Shown one piece after another: positions 28,888 through 40,193 of a DNA stretch of 42,523 nt. Source of the DNA: a bacterium (GTDB lineage Bacteria; SZUA-182; DTGQ01; JAFGSM01); assembly GCA_049472315.1 (NCBI GenBank), contig JBLIRN010000026.1, positions 1 through 42,523 of the forward strand, written 5' to 3'. Position numbers and translations under genes: made by a program. Under the pieces are notes generated by a model. That model made no database searches, was not told the origin of the DNA, and worked only from the letters and a program-made list of their open reading frames with translations. Position 1 is the stretch's first letter, and each line of letters opens with the position of its first letter.

Positions 28888-29175
28888 ATGTCCTCGATCA
28901 AGCTATTCTGGAAAGAAAATTGCCCGAAATGCCCTGCAGCGAAACAGGTTTACCACGATCTGGTGTCCGAAGGCTTTGAAACCAACGAGTACGACCTCAA
29001 CACCGCCGATGGCCTGGCAGAAGGAGCGTACCATGGCGTGCTCTCCACCCCGACCCTTTTGGTTATCGATGAGAATGATCGGGAACTGCTCCAGTGGCGA
29101 GGGGACGTACCAACCTTTGCCGAGGTCAAGGCAGTCTTGATGAACAATGATATCAAACCCCGGCACCACTGCTAA
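28888..29175 (+). CDS. Glutaredoxin/thioredoxin-like protein (NrdH-like)
   Basis: CPKC redox motif, cis-Pro STPT, located between nrdD and nrdG. Confidence 0.85.
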   Translation: MSSIKLFWKENCPKCPAAKQVYHDLVSEGFETNEYDLNTADGLAEGAYHGVLSTPTLLVIDENDRELLQWRGDVPTFAEVKAVLMNNDIKPRHHC

Positions 29176-29896
29176 CAGAGGGGGAGAACTCCCTGCGATC
29201 AAGGCCGTTATCCAGGCATCCTTCTTAGATTGGCGGGGCATGATCAGTTCCGTCGTATTTCTGGGCGCATGTAATTTTCGTTGTCCCTATTGCCATAACA
29301 GCGATCTGGTTCTTTGTCCGGAGAGGCTGGTCACCTTCCCGCTCGATGAGGTTCGGGACTACCTGAACACCTACGAAAACTGGCTGGACGGTGTCGTCAT
29401 AAGCGGCGGGGAGCCTTGTATCAATTCCGGGCTCCCTGCCCTTATCGCGGAATTAAGGGCACTCGGGCTGAAGATCAAGCTGGATACCAACGGTTCCCGC
29501 CCTGAGGTGCTCGAGCAACTCATACAGGATGGGATGCTCGACTATGTGGCCATGGATTTCAAGGCGCCGCTCAATGAATTCAGCTATCGCCGTTGCACCG
29601 GCGTGTGGACGGATGTCACCGCCATCGGCCGCAGCATCGATCTACTGCGTGCGGGAGCCATCGACTATGAATTCAGGGTGACCATCTGTCCGGGGCTTCT
29701 GGACACGAATGATCTCCTCAGCATGGGGGAACGAATCCAGGGTGCACGACGCTTTACGCTCCAAGGCTTTGCGCCCCACAACACCCTCGACTCCTCATTT
29801 GCTGGACGTGTACCCTATTCCAATGAAAAACTGGATCAGATGAGGCACGCCGTGGCCCCTTACGTGGAGGAATGTCTCCTCGTCCCCTCCCCCTGA
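29147..29896 (+). CDS. nrdG: Anaerobic RNR activating enzyme (radical SAM)
   Basis: CNFRCPYCHN, GVVISGGEP, KLDTNGS, YVAMDFK; in nrdD operon. Confidence 0.9.
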   Translation: MISNPGTTANRGGELPAIKAVIQASFLDWRGMISSVVFLGACNFRCPYCHNSDLVLCPERLVTFPLDEVRDYLNTYENWLDGVVISGGEPCINSGLPALIAELRALGLKIKLDTNGSRPEVLEQLIQDGMLDYVAMDFKAPLNEFSYRRCTGVWTDVTAIGRSIDLLRAGAIDYEFRVTICPGLLDTNDLLSMGERIQGARRFTLQGFAPHNTLDSSFAGRVPYSNEKLDQMRHAVAPYVEECLLVPSP

Positions 29897-30092
29897 CACC
29901 CGCCAATCCCAACGGGATAAATTTCTCTGTCATTGCATCGTACAAAAGAACAGGATTTGCATGTCTTTTATAGATAATACCCTGAATCTCGAGGTATGGA
30001 TTATAATCTTTTAGTATGAGATAATGTTAAATTATTGTATATACTTAATTCTTGTACATGTGGACAGGGAGTGAGTACACGACATTCATTCG

Positions 30093-32849
30093 TTGAACAG
30101 AAAGATTTTGCATACAATGAGACAACTTTCACCCTCTTACAGGGGCATATGGTGTGCCCTGTATATTATACTGCTCATCCTCATGCCCTCCCCTCTTCCG
30201 GGAAATATCGTGGTGCAGGGGGTTACTCCAACGGTGAGCTTACAGACCTCACAGGAATTGTTCTCCATCTCCGGGCAGGGTTTTTCATCAGAGGACACCG
30301 TTGTCCTGGTGGGGAGTCCGCCCCGGACCAGGTGGCGGGTACCCGCCATCGATCCTGAAAAATATGACCAAGGGGCCCGGATAAGCGCCATCAAGGTGCG
30401 GGGCAGTCGTGCCTATGTGGTCGAGGATACCACCACACTGCATATCCTGAACATCGAAACCCCCGAGCAACCCGTAATCCTGGGCACCCTGAGCGATAAC
30501 CGATTCGGAAACATCACCCAGATCTGGCCCACCGATAAATACCTCTATATGGCCGATTTGAATTACGGCATCTGGGTGGCGGATATCGCCGATCCCACAC
30601 ACCCGTTTCTGGTGGGTAACGGCGGACCGAATTATTCCTTCCCTGCACCGACCACCAAGGGCCTCTATGTGCGGGGAACCACAATCTTTTCCATCAACTG
30701 GCAAACAGGTCTCCAGATCATTGAACAGATCACGAACGGCCAGCTCAAGCCCAGAGGGAGCATCCCCATATCCGGAACCCCGCTTGATATCGTGGTCAAT
30801 GGGAGCATTGCCTACGTGGCCATAGGCCCTGCAGTACAGATCTTCAATGTGGGCAATCTGGACAATCCCACATATCTTTCCCAGATGACACAGATCCCGA
30901 GCAATGCGCCGAATATCCTCAAACTCGCCATCAAGGATGACATGTTCTACTTGGTCGACTTGGACTTCGGCATCCATGTCGCCGACCTTGTCACCCCCGC
31001 CGCTCCGAAGATCATCGCAAGCCTTTTTCTTACCGGACAGACCAAGGGCATCTATGTCACCGGCACCTTTGCCGTCACCGCCAACGGCTATAAAGGGCTT
31101 CACATCATCACCCTCGCCCGGAAGGAAAGCCCTCGGATATTCGGGAATATTTACACCCATGGCGATGCAACGGAAATCGCACCCTATCCCGGGTACCTCT
31201 TCGTTGCAAACGGCCTTGACGGACTGGGCATCGTTGAGGCGCCATCCTTTACCCATCCTGCATTCCTGGCATCGTTCCCCACCGGGGATTATCCATGGGC
31301 CATCGCCTGCAAGGAGGATTTCGCCTTCCTGAGCAACGGCAGATCAGGGCTCAGGGTGATCCAGACCGCCCAACCGCGGCTCCCCAAGATCGTGTCCACC
31401 ATCCCCACCACACAGACGGCCACCTTCTCAGCGGTGAGCGGCAATACATTGTATCTGGCCGATTCCACCCGGTTCAGGACCTATGACATCTCCATTCCCT
31501 CCCTGCCCCTTTCCCTGGGGAGCCTGGCCCTGAACGACATCATCATGTCCTTTGTGATTCATGGAAACTATGCATACCTCGCCAACTTCGGGTTCTGGGT
31601 AAAATCCGTCGACATATCCAAACCAAAGACCCCCCTGCTCAAGGGGTCCGCATACAGCGACTACAGTTGGGGACTTTCCTCCGATATCGACTTCGACCAG
31701 GGGATCGCCTATGTGGCGAACGGCCCTGCAGGCCTTTGGATCATCGATTTTTATATTCCCTCGTCTCCATTAACGTTATCAGATGAGCTCACCCAGTTCA
31801 GCATGGCCAGCAACATCAAAAAATATCAGGATCACATTTACTTGACCAATGGGTCTGATGGTATCGAGGTCATCGACGTGACCAACCCCGGAGCCCCGGT
31901 CCCGATCGTGACCGTTGACTACAATGAGCTCCTGAACGGAATCGATATCGAATCTCCCTTCCTCTATACCGCAGGCCAGAAACAGGGTGTATGGATCAAC
32001 TACCTCTCCCCGGGGGGTGAAATCATCCCCATTGCCCCCATCAACCTCCCCGGCGGGGCGGTCGCCGTGAAATCCTTCGGTGAGTTGCTGTATTGCGGAG
32101 ACGGCGAGAATTATTTCTCCATCTTTTCAGCCCCTGCAGTGGCCGAGACCCTCTCCGTAAGCTCCACCCGCCTTTATTTCAGACTGCACCGCGACCTGCC
32201 TCCCGGCACCTACGACCTCCACCTCATCAAACAGTCGGGTGAACGTGCCAGCCTCTTGAGGGGACTCAGCGTGTATGAGAACACGGTCACCTTTTCACCG
32301 GGATTCAACATCATGGGCTATCCCGGATACGTTCCCCCTGAAAATTCCCAGGCATTCCCCCTATTGGCAAATCTCACTGCCCAGGGAGAAGGGGGTCCCC
32401 TTTCGGTCACAAAGATCATGGCATTGACGCCCACCGGTACTTCATCCGGGTCATTCCTCAGGGTCTATCTCAATCAGGTAAATCAGCCGGCCGGGGACAA
32501 TTTTGACATCTTCCCTCTGAGGGGCTACCCCCTGTATGCCACAGGTGCCCAGGAAGAGGGATACCTCCTTGCATACCATCCCCTTGCCCTGACTCATGAG
32601 GCATTGACAGCGATCCTGGAGGATGAAATCGCCCCCGGGCGGACCCTTATTGCATTGCCTGCCTTGGAAGGGGGAGGGATCACAGCGGAGTCCCTGATCA
32701 AACCGGGTGCGGAGGATACAGTCAGTGCCATCCAGGAATGGGATCCGATCAGGGGCGCGTGGAAGGCGACCTACCCGTTCTTTGGAAGGATTACCGGAAG
32801 GGTGAAGGAGCTGACCGGAGGCCGGGGATACATGGTGTACGCGCATTGA
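30093..32849 (+). CDS. Secreted LVIVD-repeat (beta-propeller) protein with Ig/IPT-like and C-terminal repeated domains
   Basis: Signal-peptide-like N-terminus (start may be ATG 30117); more than 12 repeats of the type G..AYVA....GL.IID.S.P..P. Confidence 0.85.
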   Translation: MNRKILHTMRQLSPSYRGIWCALYIILLILMPSPLPGNIVVQGVTPTVSLQTSQELFSISGQGFSSEDTVVLVGSPPRTRWRVPAIDPEKYDQGARISAIKVRGSRAYVVEDTTTLHILNIETPEQPVILGTLSDNRFGNITQIWPTDKYLYMADLNYGIWVADIADPTHPFLVGNGGPNYSFPAPTTKGLYVRGTTIFSINWQTGLQIIEQITNGQLKPRGSIPISGTPLDIVVNGSIAYVAIGPAVQIFNVGNLDNPTYLSQMTQIPSNAPNILKLAIKDDMFYLVDLDFGIHVADLVTPAAPKIIASLFLTGQTKGIYVTGTFAVTANGYKGLHIITLARKESPRIFGNIYTHGDATEIAPYPGYLFVANGLDGLGIVEAPSFTHPAFLASFPTGDYPWAIACKEDFAFLSNGRSGLRVIQTAQPRLPKIVSTIPTTQTATFSAVSGNTLYLADSTRFRTYDISIPSLPLSLGSLALNDIIMSFVIHGNYAYLANFGFWVKSVDISKPKTPLLKGSAYSDYSWGLSSDIDFDQGIAYVANGPAGLWIIDFYIPSSPLTLSDELTQFSMASNIKKYQDHIYLTNGSDGIEVIDVTNPGAPVPIVTVDYNELLNGIDIESPFLYTAGQKQGVWINYLSPGGEIIPIAPINLPGGAVAVKSFGELLYCGDGENYFSIFSAPAVAETLSVSSTRLYFRLHRDLPPGTYDLHLIKQSGERASLLRGLSVYENTVTFSPGFNIMGYPGYVPPENSQAFPLLANLTAQGEGGPLSVTKIMALTPTGTSSGSFLRVYLNQVNQPAGDNFDIFPLRGYPLYATGAQEEGYLLAYHPLALTHEALTAILEDEIAPGRTLIALPALEGGGITAESLIKPGAEDTVSAIQEWDPIRGAWKATYPFFGRITGRVKELTGGRGYMVYAH

Positions 32850-32989
32850 TCATCGGTTTCGGAATCCGGACATAAGGGGGTCAGACCTCGGAATATTGAA
32901 CATGCATGTCCAGGGCATGTTCTGCCTCCGGGCATTGTCGCCTCTCACATGTTCAATCCATTGGACCGGCGCCCACAGGGCATATATTT

Positions 32990-34993
32990 TCAGGAAGTCG
33001 TATGCCTCAGGACACCGTCGTGCCTTTGTTCCGCCTCATCGGAGGGGATTTTCTTCGGAATGGTGAACCAGAAGGTGGCACCCGCTCCCCGGTGCGAGTG
33101 CACCCAAACCCGCCCTCCATGGTCCTCCACGATCCGCTTCACAATGGTGAGCCCCACCCCTGTCCCCTCCACGTCCTTGAGCTCCTGCAGCCGCTGAAAG
33201 ATAACGAATATCTTTTCGTGATGCTCCTTGTCAATGCCGATGCCGTTATCCCGAACAAAGAACTCATGCTCGTTCGGGGTCTCGCGGTAGCCGATTTCCA
33301 CCTGGGGACGCACCGTATCCCCGATGAACTTGACGGCGTTGGACACAAGATTCATGAAAACCTGCAGAAGCCTGTCCGGATCACACAGACAGACTGGAAG
33401 CACCTCGGCCACCCGCACCTCGATCCCCCTTTTTTTGATGGTGCCTCGGAACTCCTCCACGGCCCGGCCCACAATATCGGACACGGCATACTCCCGCCAT
33501 CCCCCTTTCATTCGCGTCACCTTTGAAAATTCCAGCAGGTCCAGGATCAATCTTTCCATGTACTCCGCATTGGCCTTGATTCGCTCCAGGTAGTACCGCC
33601 CGTCATCGCTCAGGGAATCCTGATACTCCTGGAGGAGAATGACGGCAAAGTCCTGGAGGATATACAGGGGGCTCTTGAGATCATGGGAAACGATGGAAAG
33701 GATGTTTTCGAGCTCTTCGTTGTCTTCGGCAAGCTCCAGATTCCTTTCCCTCAGTTCCTCGATCTGTGCGGATAGCTCCTCCAGTTGATCGTAGGACTCC
33801 TCGAACTCCCGGTTGATGGACTCCAACTCCTTGTATCTGCGCCGGAGATGTTCGCCTGCGCGGGAGAGTTCCCTGACCAGGCGGTTGAGATTCCGTCCTA
33901 TCCTGCCCACCTCGTCCCTGCACCCGGTGCTGAACCTCTCTCTCCCCTGGGCGAGGCCCTCGGTAAATTGGTACAGCCTTACCAGAGGCGCCGTCATGTA
34001 GCCGATGATAAGGAGCACGGCAGCAGAGGCGATGACAAAGATACATGAGGCGAAGAGAATGATCCCATAACGCACCGGCACTATCGGTGCAAACAGTGCG
34101 GCAGCATCCTCCTCCACGATCACCCCCCACGCAAGCTCAGGGCACACGGCGAGGACCCCCAGCACCTTCCGCCGGCGCAGGTTCGCATACACGAGAGGGG
34201 CGTGCAACCGATCCTCACTGATCCCGGAAAGGTACTGCCGGACCTTCTTGACATGTCCCGCCATCCCCCAGAAAGGCACCAGTCCCTGAATATCCATGGC
34301 GGACTCCCGGCGATCCCCGGAAAAGTAGGCAATGACGGAACCATCGGTGTCGACCACATAAAACTCCCGGCCCCTTCCGATATCCACCGACTCGAGCACC
34401 CTGAACACCTTTTGCAGGCTCACCACTGCGGTCAAGATTCCCCGGACCTCATCCCGGTCAATGGAGATAAGAGGGATCGAAATATCCACCACGGGCAGGT
34501 CCTGGGGGGCGGGAAGGACCTGTCCGATGAATATGCTCCCCCGGATCACGGATTCAACGATATCCTCCCGCATCCCATCCCCCACGGGATCAACCGGCCA
34601 GGCTGGCGAAGAAACCCGTAACAGGGGGTTGCCCTGTTGATCGAAAACCGAGAGCACCCGGATATCCCCTTTGCGCTGCACAAGGTCCTCCAGGACAACG
34701 CGCAGGTCCCCGGAGACCTGATCCTTCCCATCAGGCCACATCGGAGACACGGAAAGCAGATCGCGAATAATCGAATCCATAGACGATTCCACTGTGCGCC
34801 CTATGTCACTGGCCAAAGCAAGATTCTCCTCCCCCGCCACCTTCATCCAATGGGATCTGACCATATGGAGGGCAACCAGACTTACGCTGGTAAGGGTTAT
34901 TGCCAGGAAGGCAATGAAGAGCAGGGAAAGCCTGCCCCTGAGGCTGAGCCACCAGGGTACGGAACGGACACCGGGTTCACGGGATAATTTCAT
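32990..34993 (-). CDS. Membrane sensor histidine kinase (Cache-like, HAMP, HisKA, HATPase)
   Basis: Two TMs around a periplasmic domain, HAMP PLVRL..RDEVGRIG, SHDLKSPL, NLVSNAVKF, DNGIGI, GTGVGL, HGGRVW. Confidence 0.92.
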   Translation of the reverse strand: MKLSREPGVRSVPWWLSLRGRLSLLFIAFLAITLTSVSLVALHMVRSHWMKVAGEENLALASDIGRTVESSMDSIIRDLLSVSPMWPDGKDQVSGDLRVVLEDLVQRKGDIRVLSVFDQQGNPLLRVSSPAWPVDPVGDGMREDIVESVIRGSIFIGQVLPAPQDLPVVDISIPLISIDRDEVRGILTAVVSLQKVFRVLESVDIGRGREFYVVDTDGSVIAYFSGDRRESAMDIQGLVPFWGMAGHVKKVRQYLSGISEDRLHAPLVYANLRRRKVLGVLAVCPELAWGVIVEEDAAALFAPIVPVRYGIILFASCIFVIASAAVLLIIGYMTAPLVRLYQFTEGLAQGRERFSTGCRDEVGRIGRNLNRLVRELSRAGEHLRRRYKELESINREFEESYDQLEELSAQIEELRERNLELAEDNEELENILSIVSHDLKSPLYILQDFAVILLQEYQDSLSDDGRYYLERIKANAEYMERLILDLLEFSKVTRMKGGWREYAVSDIVGRAVEEFRGTIKKRGIEVRVAEVLPVCLCDPDRLLQVFMNLVSNAVKFIGDTVRPQVEIGYRETPNEHEFFVRDNGIGIDKEHHEKIFVIFQRLQELKDVEGTGVGLTIVKRIVEDHGGRVWVHSHRGAGATFWFTIPKKIPSDEAEQRHDGVLRHTTS

Positions 34994-35448
34994 AGTAACA
35001 ATCTGCTTTTATTGTCTATATTTGATTACTATTAGGCAATTTGTAAAGTAGTATCATTTTGCCGCAATTCTATCAGGATATTAACAACAACATCCCTGTC
35101 TCGACGGTCAACCAGCCCCTTTTCATTCCCCAGCCATTTCCCCGGGGAATACCATGCACGCCCGGGTGATCCGTTCCCGCCGATGATCACGGTCGTGCCG
35201 GTGCAGGGAATACATGCGCGCCCTGTGATCCCCATTCACCTATCAAGAGCAAAAAAAGGGAAAAAGGTGGCGGAGGGACTCCATGGAAATCCTTCCGAAA
35301 AACCATTCTTATATGGTACAACTAATTGTTTAATAATTCAATATTTTCCTTACCTCATCCCCTTTATATCCTGAATCCGAAAAATGATTTCATTATCTTA
35401 GAGTTAGTAACCTCAATCCACCGACCCGCCCGTGCCATCCCCCCTCAT

Positions 35449-35477
35449 TTGACATTCCCGGGGGCTGCTATTATATT
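35449..35477 (+). promoter_or_regulatory. sigma70 promoter of the dnaJ operon
   Basis: TTGACA (35449)-17-TATATT (35472). Confidence 0.7.
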
Positions 35478-35578
35478 AAACAAAGATTTTAAAGGATAGG
35501 ACTGTCCGACGACATATGCAAATGCCGCCCGCATGGCGGCTTCTCTCATCAATCCTACAGGAGGATTGGCACCTGCCG

Positions 35579-36682
35579 ATGATAAAGAAAGATTACTATG
35601 AAATCCTGGTCGTTTCCAGGAGTGCGTCCCAGGAGGAGATCAAAAAGGCATACCGCCAGGCCGCCCTCAAATACCACCCTGATCGCAACAGGGGCAATAA
35701 GGAGGCGGAGGAAAAATTCAAGGAGGCATCCGAGGCTTACGAGGTCTTGAGTGATCCCAGGAAAAGGGACCTCTATGACCACTACGGGCATGCAGGGCTC
35801 CAGAGCTCCGGGTTCACCGGATTCAGCTTCGATGACCTGGCCACCGATATCTTCGGCAGCTTCAGCGACATCTTCTACGACTTTTTCGGCTTCGGACTCC
35901 GCGGGGGGACCGGACGCACCAGGGCCCGCAGGGGAATGGATATCGAACAGTCGCTGGAAATCGAATTCAGGGATGCAGCGGCCGGCCTGAAGACGGAGAT
36001 CCAGGTCGAACGGCACGAATCCTGCCCCACCTGCAACGGGGAGGGGGCAAAGCCCGGCACCTCGGCCGTTACCTGTTCCCTGTGCAAGGGAAAGGGACAG
36101 GTCATCCACGCCCAGGGATTCATCAGCATCCAGTCAACCTGTCCCCAGTGCGGGGGAACAGGCAAGATCATCGAACATCCATGCCCGCAGTGCCATGGAC
36201 GCAAGATCGTCCCGGCAAAGACCACCTTGAGCATCACCATCCCGCCGGGGGTCAATACCGGATGCCAGCTCAGGGTCCCCGGAGCCGGGGAACGGGGGAT
36301 GAACGGCGGTCCGCCGGGGGACCTCTACGTGCACCTGATCGTCAAAGAGGACCCCTTCTTCAAACGCCACGGGGACGACATCGTATGCGAGGTCCCCATC
36401 TCCATGGTCCAGGCCGCTCTGGGCACGGAGATCGAGGTCCCCACCCTCAACAGCGCGCACATGCTCTCCATTCCCAAGGGGACCCAATCGGGGGAAACCT
36501 TCACCATAAAGAAGGCCGGATTCCCCCGGCTGCAGAGGCACGGCCAGGGAGACCAGATCGTGAGGATCCTCGTCAGGACCCCGACCGACCTCTCCAAGCG
36601 ACAGAAGGAACTGCTGCATGAATTTGCAGAACTCGACGAAACAAAAAAGGAAAAAAAGGGGGTCTTTCATTTTTTCTCATAG
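35579..36682 (+). CDS. dnaJ: Chaperone DnaJ
   Basis: Start ATG 35579. KDYYEIL, HPD motif, G/F region, four CxxCxG zinc-finger repeats, GGPPGDLYV. Confidence 0.97.
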   Translation: MIKKDYYEILVVSRSASQEEIKKAYRQAALKYHPDRNRGNKEAEEKFKEASEAYEVLSDPRKRDLYDHYGHAGLQSSGFTGFSFDDLATDIFGSFSDIFYDFFGFGLRGGTGRTRARRGMDIEQSLEIEFRDAAAGLKTEIQVERHESCPTCNGEGAKPGTSAVTCSLCKGKGQVIHAQGFISIQSTCPQCGGTGKIIEHPCPQCHGRKIVPAKTTLSITIPPGVNTGCQLRVPGAGERGMNGGPPGDLYVHLIVKEDPFFKRHGDDIVCEVPISMVQAALGTEIEVPTLNSAHMLSIPKGTQSGETFTIKKAGFPRLQRHGQGDQIVRILVRTPTDLSKRQKELLHEFAELDETKKEKKGVFHFFS

Positions 36683-38072
36683 GCGCACCGGATACATACC
36701 ATCTTTGATCATCGCCCTCATCCTTGCATGCAGTGTCGTGTCTCCTTCCTGCCAGGCGGACCCTGCACCCGATGAACTTCCCCAGCGTGAAACCCCCGTG
36801 GTCATCACCGTCAAAAAGGTGGGCCCTGCGGTGGTGAACATCAGCACCGAGCGGGTCCTCACCGAGCGGATCAACCCCTTCGGGGATCCCTTCTTTGATC
36901 GATACTTCGGTGATTTCTTCAACATGTTCCCCCAGCGAAGCTACAAGCAGCAAAGCCTCGGTTCGGGGGTCATCATCGATCCCGAGGGATACATCCTCAC
37001 CAACGAGCACGTAATCCTGAAGACCTCCCAGATCAGCGTCACCCTTGCCGACAAGAGGGAGTTCGAGGCGAAGCTGGTGGGTGCGGACCCCAAGTCCGAC
37101 CTCGCGGTCATAAAGATCGAGGCACAGGAGGCACTTCCCCACGTCAAGATGGGGAAATCCGATGACCTCATGATCGGGGAGACCGTGATCGCCATCGGCA
37201 ACCCCTTCGGCCTCTCGCACACCGTGACCACCGGCGTGGTGAGCGCCGTCAACCGGACGGTACGGGTCAAGGAGGACCGGGTGTACAAGGACTTCATCCA
37301 GACCGACGCCTCCATCAACCCGGGAAACAGCGGCGGCCCCCTCCTCAACATCAGGGGGGATCTCATCGGGATCAATACCGCCATTTACCAGGAGGCGGAG
37401 GGGATCGGATTCGCCATCCCCATCAATCGCGCAAAGAGGATCATGGACGACCTGATCCATTACGGCGAGGTGCACAAGGCCTGGATCGGCATCTTTGTTC
37501 AGGACCTCGATCAGAACATGGTCAAATACTTCGATCTGCCCCGCAAGGAGGGGGTCATCGCCACCCGCGTCCTGGAGAAAAGCCCGGCGGCACAGGCGGG
37601 GATCCAGCAGGGCGACCTGATCATCAGTATCGGCGGACAAATCATCGAGTCCCGGGAGGACTATGTCTCCCTCATCGCCGGATACACCTCGGGTGATGCG
37701 ATACCGATGGCCATCATACGGGAGGGGAAAACCCGGGAGATCACCCTCACCGCAACGGAGATCCCCCTGGGGGTGGCGGAGGAGGTGGCGCTGAACTGGC
37801 TCGGGATCAGGTTCCGCGAGATCGGCCAACGGGATGCCATGCAGCTTCGCCTTGCCGATCGCAGGGGGGTGATCGTGATCGAGGTGATTCCCAAGCGTGC
37901 CGCAGCACTGGCGGGTTTACGGCCGGGGGACATCATCAGGCAGGTAAACAATCGGATCATCGACGGAGAGGAGACATTCAAAAAGGCCATCGTGGCGGCA
38001 AGCCAGCAGGAAGGCCTGCTCCTGTTGATCCAGCGGGGTCCTTACATCTATCCGGTAACCCTGCAACCATAG
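36618..38072 (+). CDS. HtrA/DegP (Do) serine protease with two PDZ domains
   Basis: Signal peptide, [39 protein letters not shown], two PDZ domains. Start uncertain (65-bp overlap with dnaJ, or TTG 36705). Confidence 0.93.
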   Translation: MNLQNSTKQKRKKRGSFIFSHRRTGYIPSLIIALILACSVVSPSCQADPAPDELPQRETPVVITVKKVGPAVVNISTERVLTERINPFGDPFFDRYFGDFFNMFPQRSYKQQSLGSGVIIDPEGYILTNEHVILKTSQISVTLADKREFEAKLVGADPKSDLAVIKIEAQEALPHVKMGKSDDLMIGETVIAIGNPFGLSHTVTTGVVSAVNRTVRVKEDRVYKDFIQTDASINPGNSGGPLLNIRGDLIGINTAIYQEAEGIGFAIPINRAKRIMDDLIHYGEVHKAWIGIFVQDLDQNMVKYFDLPRKEGVIATRVLEKSPAAQAGIQQGDLIISIGGQIIESREDYVSLIAGYTSGDAIPMAIIREGKTREITLTATEIPLGVAEEVALNWLGIRFREIGQRDAMQLRLADRRGVIVIEVIPKRAAALAGLRPGDIIRQVNNRIIDGEETFKKAIVAASQQEGLLLLIQRGPYIYPVTLQP

Positions 38073-38084
38073 CGACCAGGAACA

Positions 38085-38567
38085 ATGGCAGACCTGACCC
38101 ATTTCGACGAAAAGGGACAATCAAGGATGGTGGATGTGAGCGCAAAGCCGGTCACCGCCCGGTCGGCCCTTGCGCGGGGAATGGTGACCATGCAGCCCGC
38201 CACCCTTCGCAGGATCATGGACAAGGACATCGCCAAGGGGGATGTGTTCGAGGTGGCACGCCTTGCCGGGATCATGGCGGCGAAGCGCACCGCCTTTCTC
38301 ATCCCTCTCTGCCACCCGCTCCCGATTACCGCCATCCACATCGAGTTTCAACCCTTGAACGAGACGACCGTGCAGATCGAGGCACTGGTAAAAACCGTCG
38401 ACCGGACCGGGATCGAGATGGAGGCCCTCACCGCCGTGTGCGTAGCGGCCCTGACCATCTACGATATGTGCAAGGCCATCGACCGGGGAATGACGATCCA
38501 GAAGGTGGAGCTTGTCCGGAAATCGGGCGGAAAGAGCGGACTATTTGTGAAAAAGGAGAACCCATGA
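38085..38567 (+). CDS. moaC: Cyclic pyranopterin monophosphate synthase
   Basis: [48 protein letters not shown]. Confidence 0.97.
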   Translation: MADLTHFDEKGQSRMVDVSAKPVTARSALARGMVTMQPATLRRIMDKDIAKGDVFEVARLAGIMAAKRTAFLIPLCHPLPITAIHIEFQPLNETTVQIEALVKTVDRTGIEMEALTAVCVAALTIYDMCKAIDRGMTIQKVELVRKSGGKSGLFVKKENP

Positions 38568-39352
38568 AGATTGGTCCCATTGACTCCCATGCCCATCTCA
38601 GCCATGCCGATTTTGACCAGGACCGGGATGAGGTACTCACCCGTGCAAAAGAAAAGGGGCTCCAGGCGATCCTCAGCATTGGAACCGAACCCCAAGAGAT
38701 GTTCAAGGAGGTGGACATCGCCATGCGGTATCCCGGCTTCATCTTCCTGGCCATGGGATACCACCCCCATGTGGCAAAGGATATGACCGATGTCCACTAC
38801 GAAAGGCTCCAGGATTTCATCTGGGCAGACCAGGAGGTTGTGGCCATCGGTGAGATCGGCCTCGATTTCCACTACAACCATTCCGATCCGGTGTCCCAGG
38901 AAGGGGCGCTCAGGGAGCAACTCAGGATCGCTGCGCGAAGAAACCTCCCGGTCATCGTCCACTGCCGTGAGGCCTATCCCGAGCTGATCAAGATCCTGAA
39001 ATCGGAAGAGGTGCCGCCAGAAAAAATCATGATCCACTGCTTCTCAGGCGATGCCGATCAGGCAAAGAAGCTGCTCTCATGGGGCGCCACCCTCTCCTTT
39101 GCAGGACCGGTCACCTTCCCCAATGCGGAAGGCCTCCGCCAGATCGTAAAGGCCACTCCGATCAACCGTATCCTGGCGGAAACCGACGCACCCTACCTCG
39201 CCCCCCAGTCAAATCGTGGGAAGCGGAACGAGCCTGCCTACGTGATGGAGGTCTATTCCACGATTGCGGCAATAAAAGAGATATCGGTGGAGGAGCTCAC
39301 CGATAGGATTGCGGAAAATTTCTGCCGTTTCTTCGGCGTGGCTATGGATTAA
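38564..39352 (+). CDS. tatD: TatD-family nuclease
   Basis: Start ATG 38564 (ATGA overlap). [47 protein letters not shown]. Confidence 0.93.
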   Translation: MKIGPIDSHAHLSHADFDQDRDEVLTRAKEKGLQAILSIGTEPQEMFKEVDIAMRYPGFIFLAMGYHPHVAKDMTDVHYERLQDFIWADQEVVAIGEIGLDFHYNHSDPVSQEGALREQLRIAARRNLPVIVHCREAYPELIKILKSEEVPPEKIMIHCFSGDADQAKKLLSWGATLSFAGPVTFPNAEGLRQIVKATPINRILAETDAPYLAPQSNRGKRNEPAYVMEVYSTIAAIKEISVEELTDRIAENFCRFFGVAMD

Positions 39353-39401
39353 ACCTGCAAGAAATTACACCGGGAACCACATCCCGAAAAAGGGGACAGC
39401 A

Positions 39402-40193
39402 ATGGATGAGACATTACAAAACCTGGACCACCTGGACCCGTGGGTCCGAGAACACGTCGTTCCCTTTTGCCACCACATCCTCCAGAGTTTTCCCGGGAGG
39501 ATCTGCTCCATCTGCCTCTACGGAAGCGCCGCGGTCGGAGACTATATCCACAAGCGATCCAATATCAACCTGATGATCATGATCGATGCCCTGCATCTGG
39601 AGGATCTCCAGACATTACTCCACCTGATGAAAAGGGCGCGAAAAAAGGGGATCGCCGCCCCGCTCCTCCTCACCCCGGAGCATATCGCCACCTCCACGGA
39701 CGCATTCCCTATTGAATTCCTGGATATGAAGGAAAAACACGTGAACCTCTACGGCACCGATCCCTTCATAGACCTCGACATCGACCTCAAGAACCTGCGG
39801 CTGCAATGCGAACAGCAGATCAAGGGGAAGCTGATTCGCCTGCGCCAGTCATACATGGAGCTGGGTTTGAAAAAACGGCCGCTCGCCGCACTCCTCACCG
39901 CCTCCCTGACCAGCCTGCTCCCGGTCCTGCGCAATACCATCCGCCTCGTACAGCCCACCCAGCAGCCCCCCCGGTCCAACGAGGAGATCATCCTGCGGGC
40001 GTGCAAGGACTTTCAACTGGACAACGAGGTGTTCCTGGATATCCTGAAGCTCAAAAAGGGGCACACCAAACCGGACATGGGGATGATCACCTGCATATTC
40101 GAGGGCTACCTTGACAATCTCACCACGCTCGCCAAGCACATCGATCAGATCAAGGTGGACTGCATCAGCGTGGAGGACCCGGATGCGGCATAA
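39402..40193 (+). CDS. Nucleotidyltransferase-fold protein (degenerate active site)
   Basis: Start ATG 39402. LYGSAAVGDY...SNINL, STDAFPIEFLDM, LYG.DPF, LRLQCEQQIKGKLIRLRQ. Confidence 0.75.
   Translation: MDETLQNLDHLDPWVREHVVPFCHHILQSFPGRICSICLYGSAAVGDYIHKRSNINLMIMIDALHLEDLQTLLHLMKRARKKGIAAPLLLTPEHIATSTDAFPIEFLDMKEKHVNLYGTDPFIDLDIDLKNLRLQCEQQIKGKLIRLRQSYMELGLKKRPLAALLTASLTSLLPVLRNTIRLVQPTQQPPRSNEEIILRACKDFQLDNEVFLDILKLKKGHTKPDMGMITCIFEGYLDNLTTLAKHIDQIKVDCISVEDPDAA

Noticed and set aside
35238..35300. SAM-I riboswitch (CTATCAAGAG...GGCGGAGGGACT)
   Set aside because: An A-rich insertion breaks P2; no GGCCC/GCAACC/GGTGC elements or closing P1; no methionine genes downstream.
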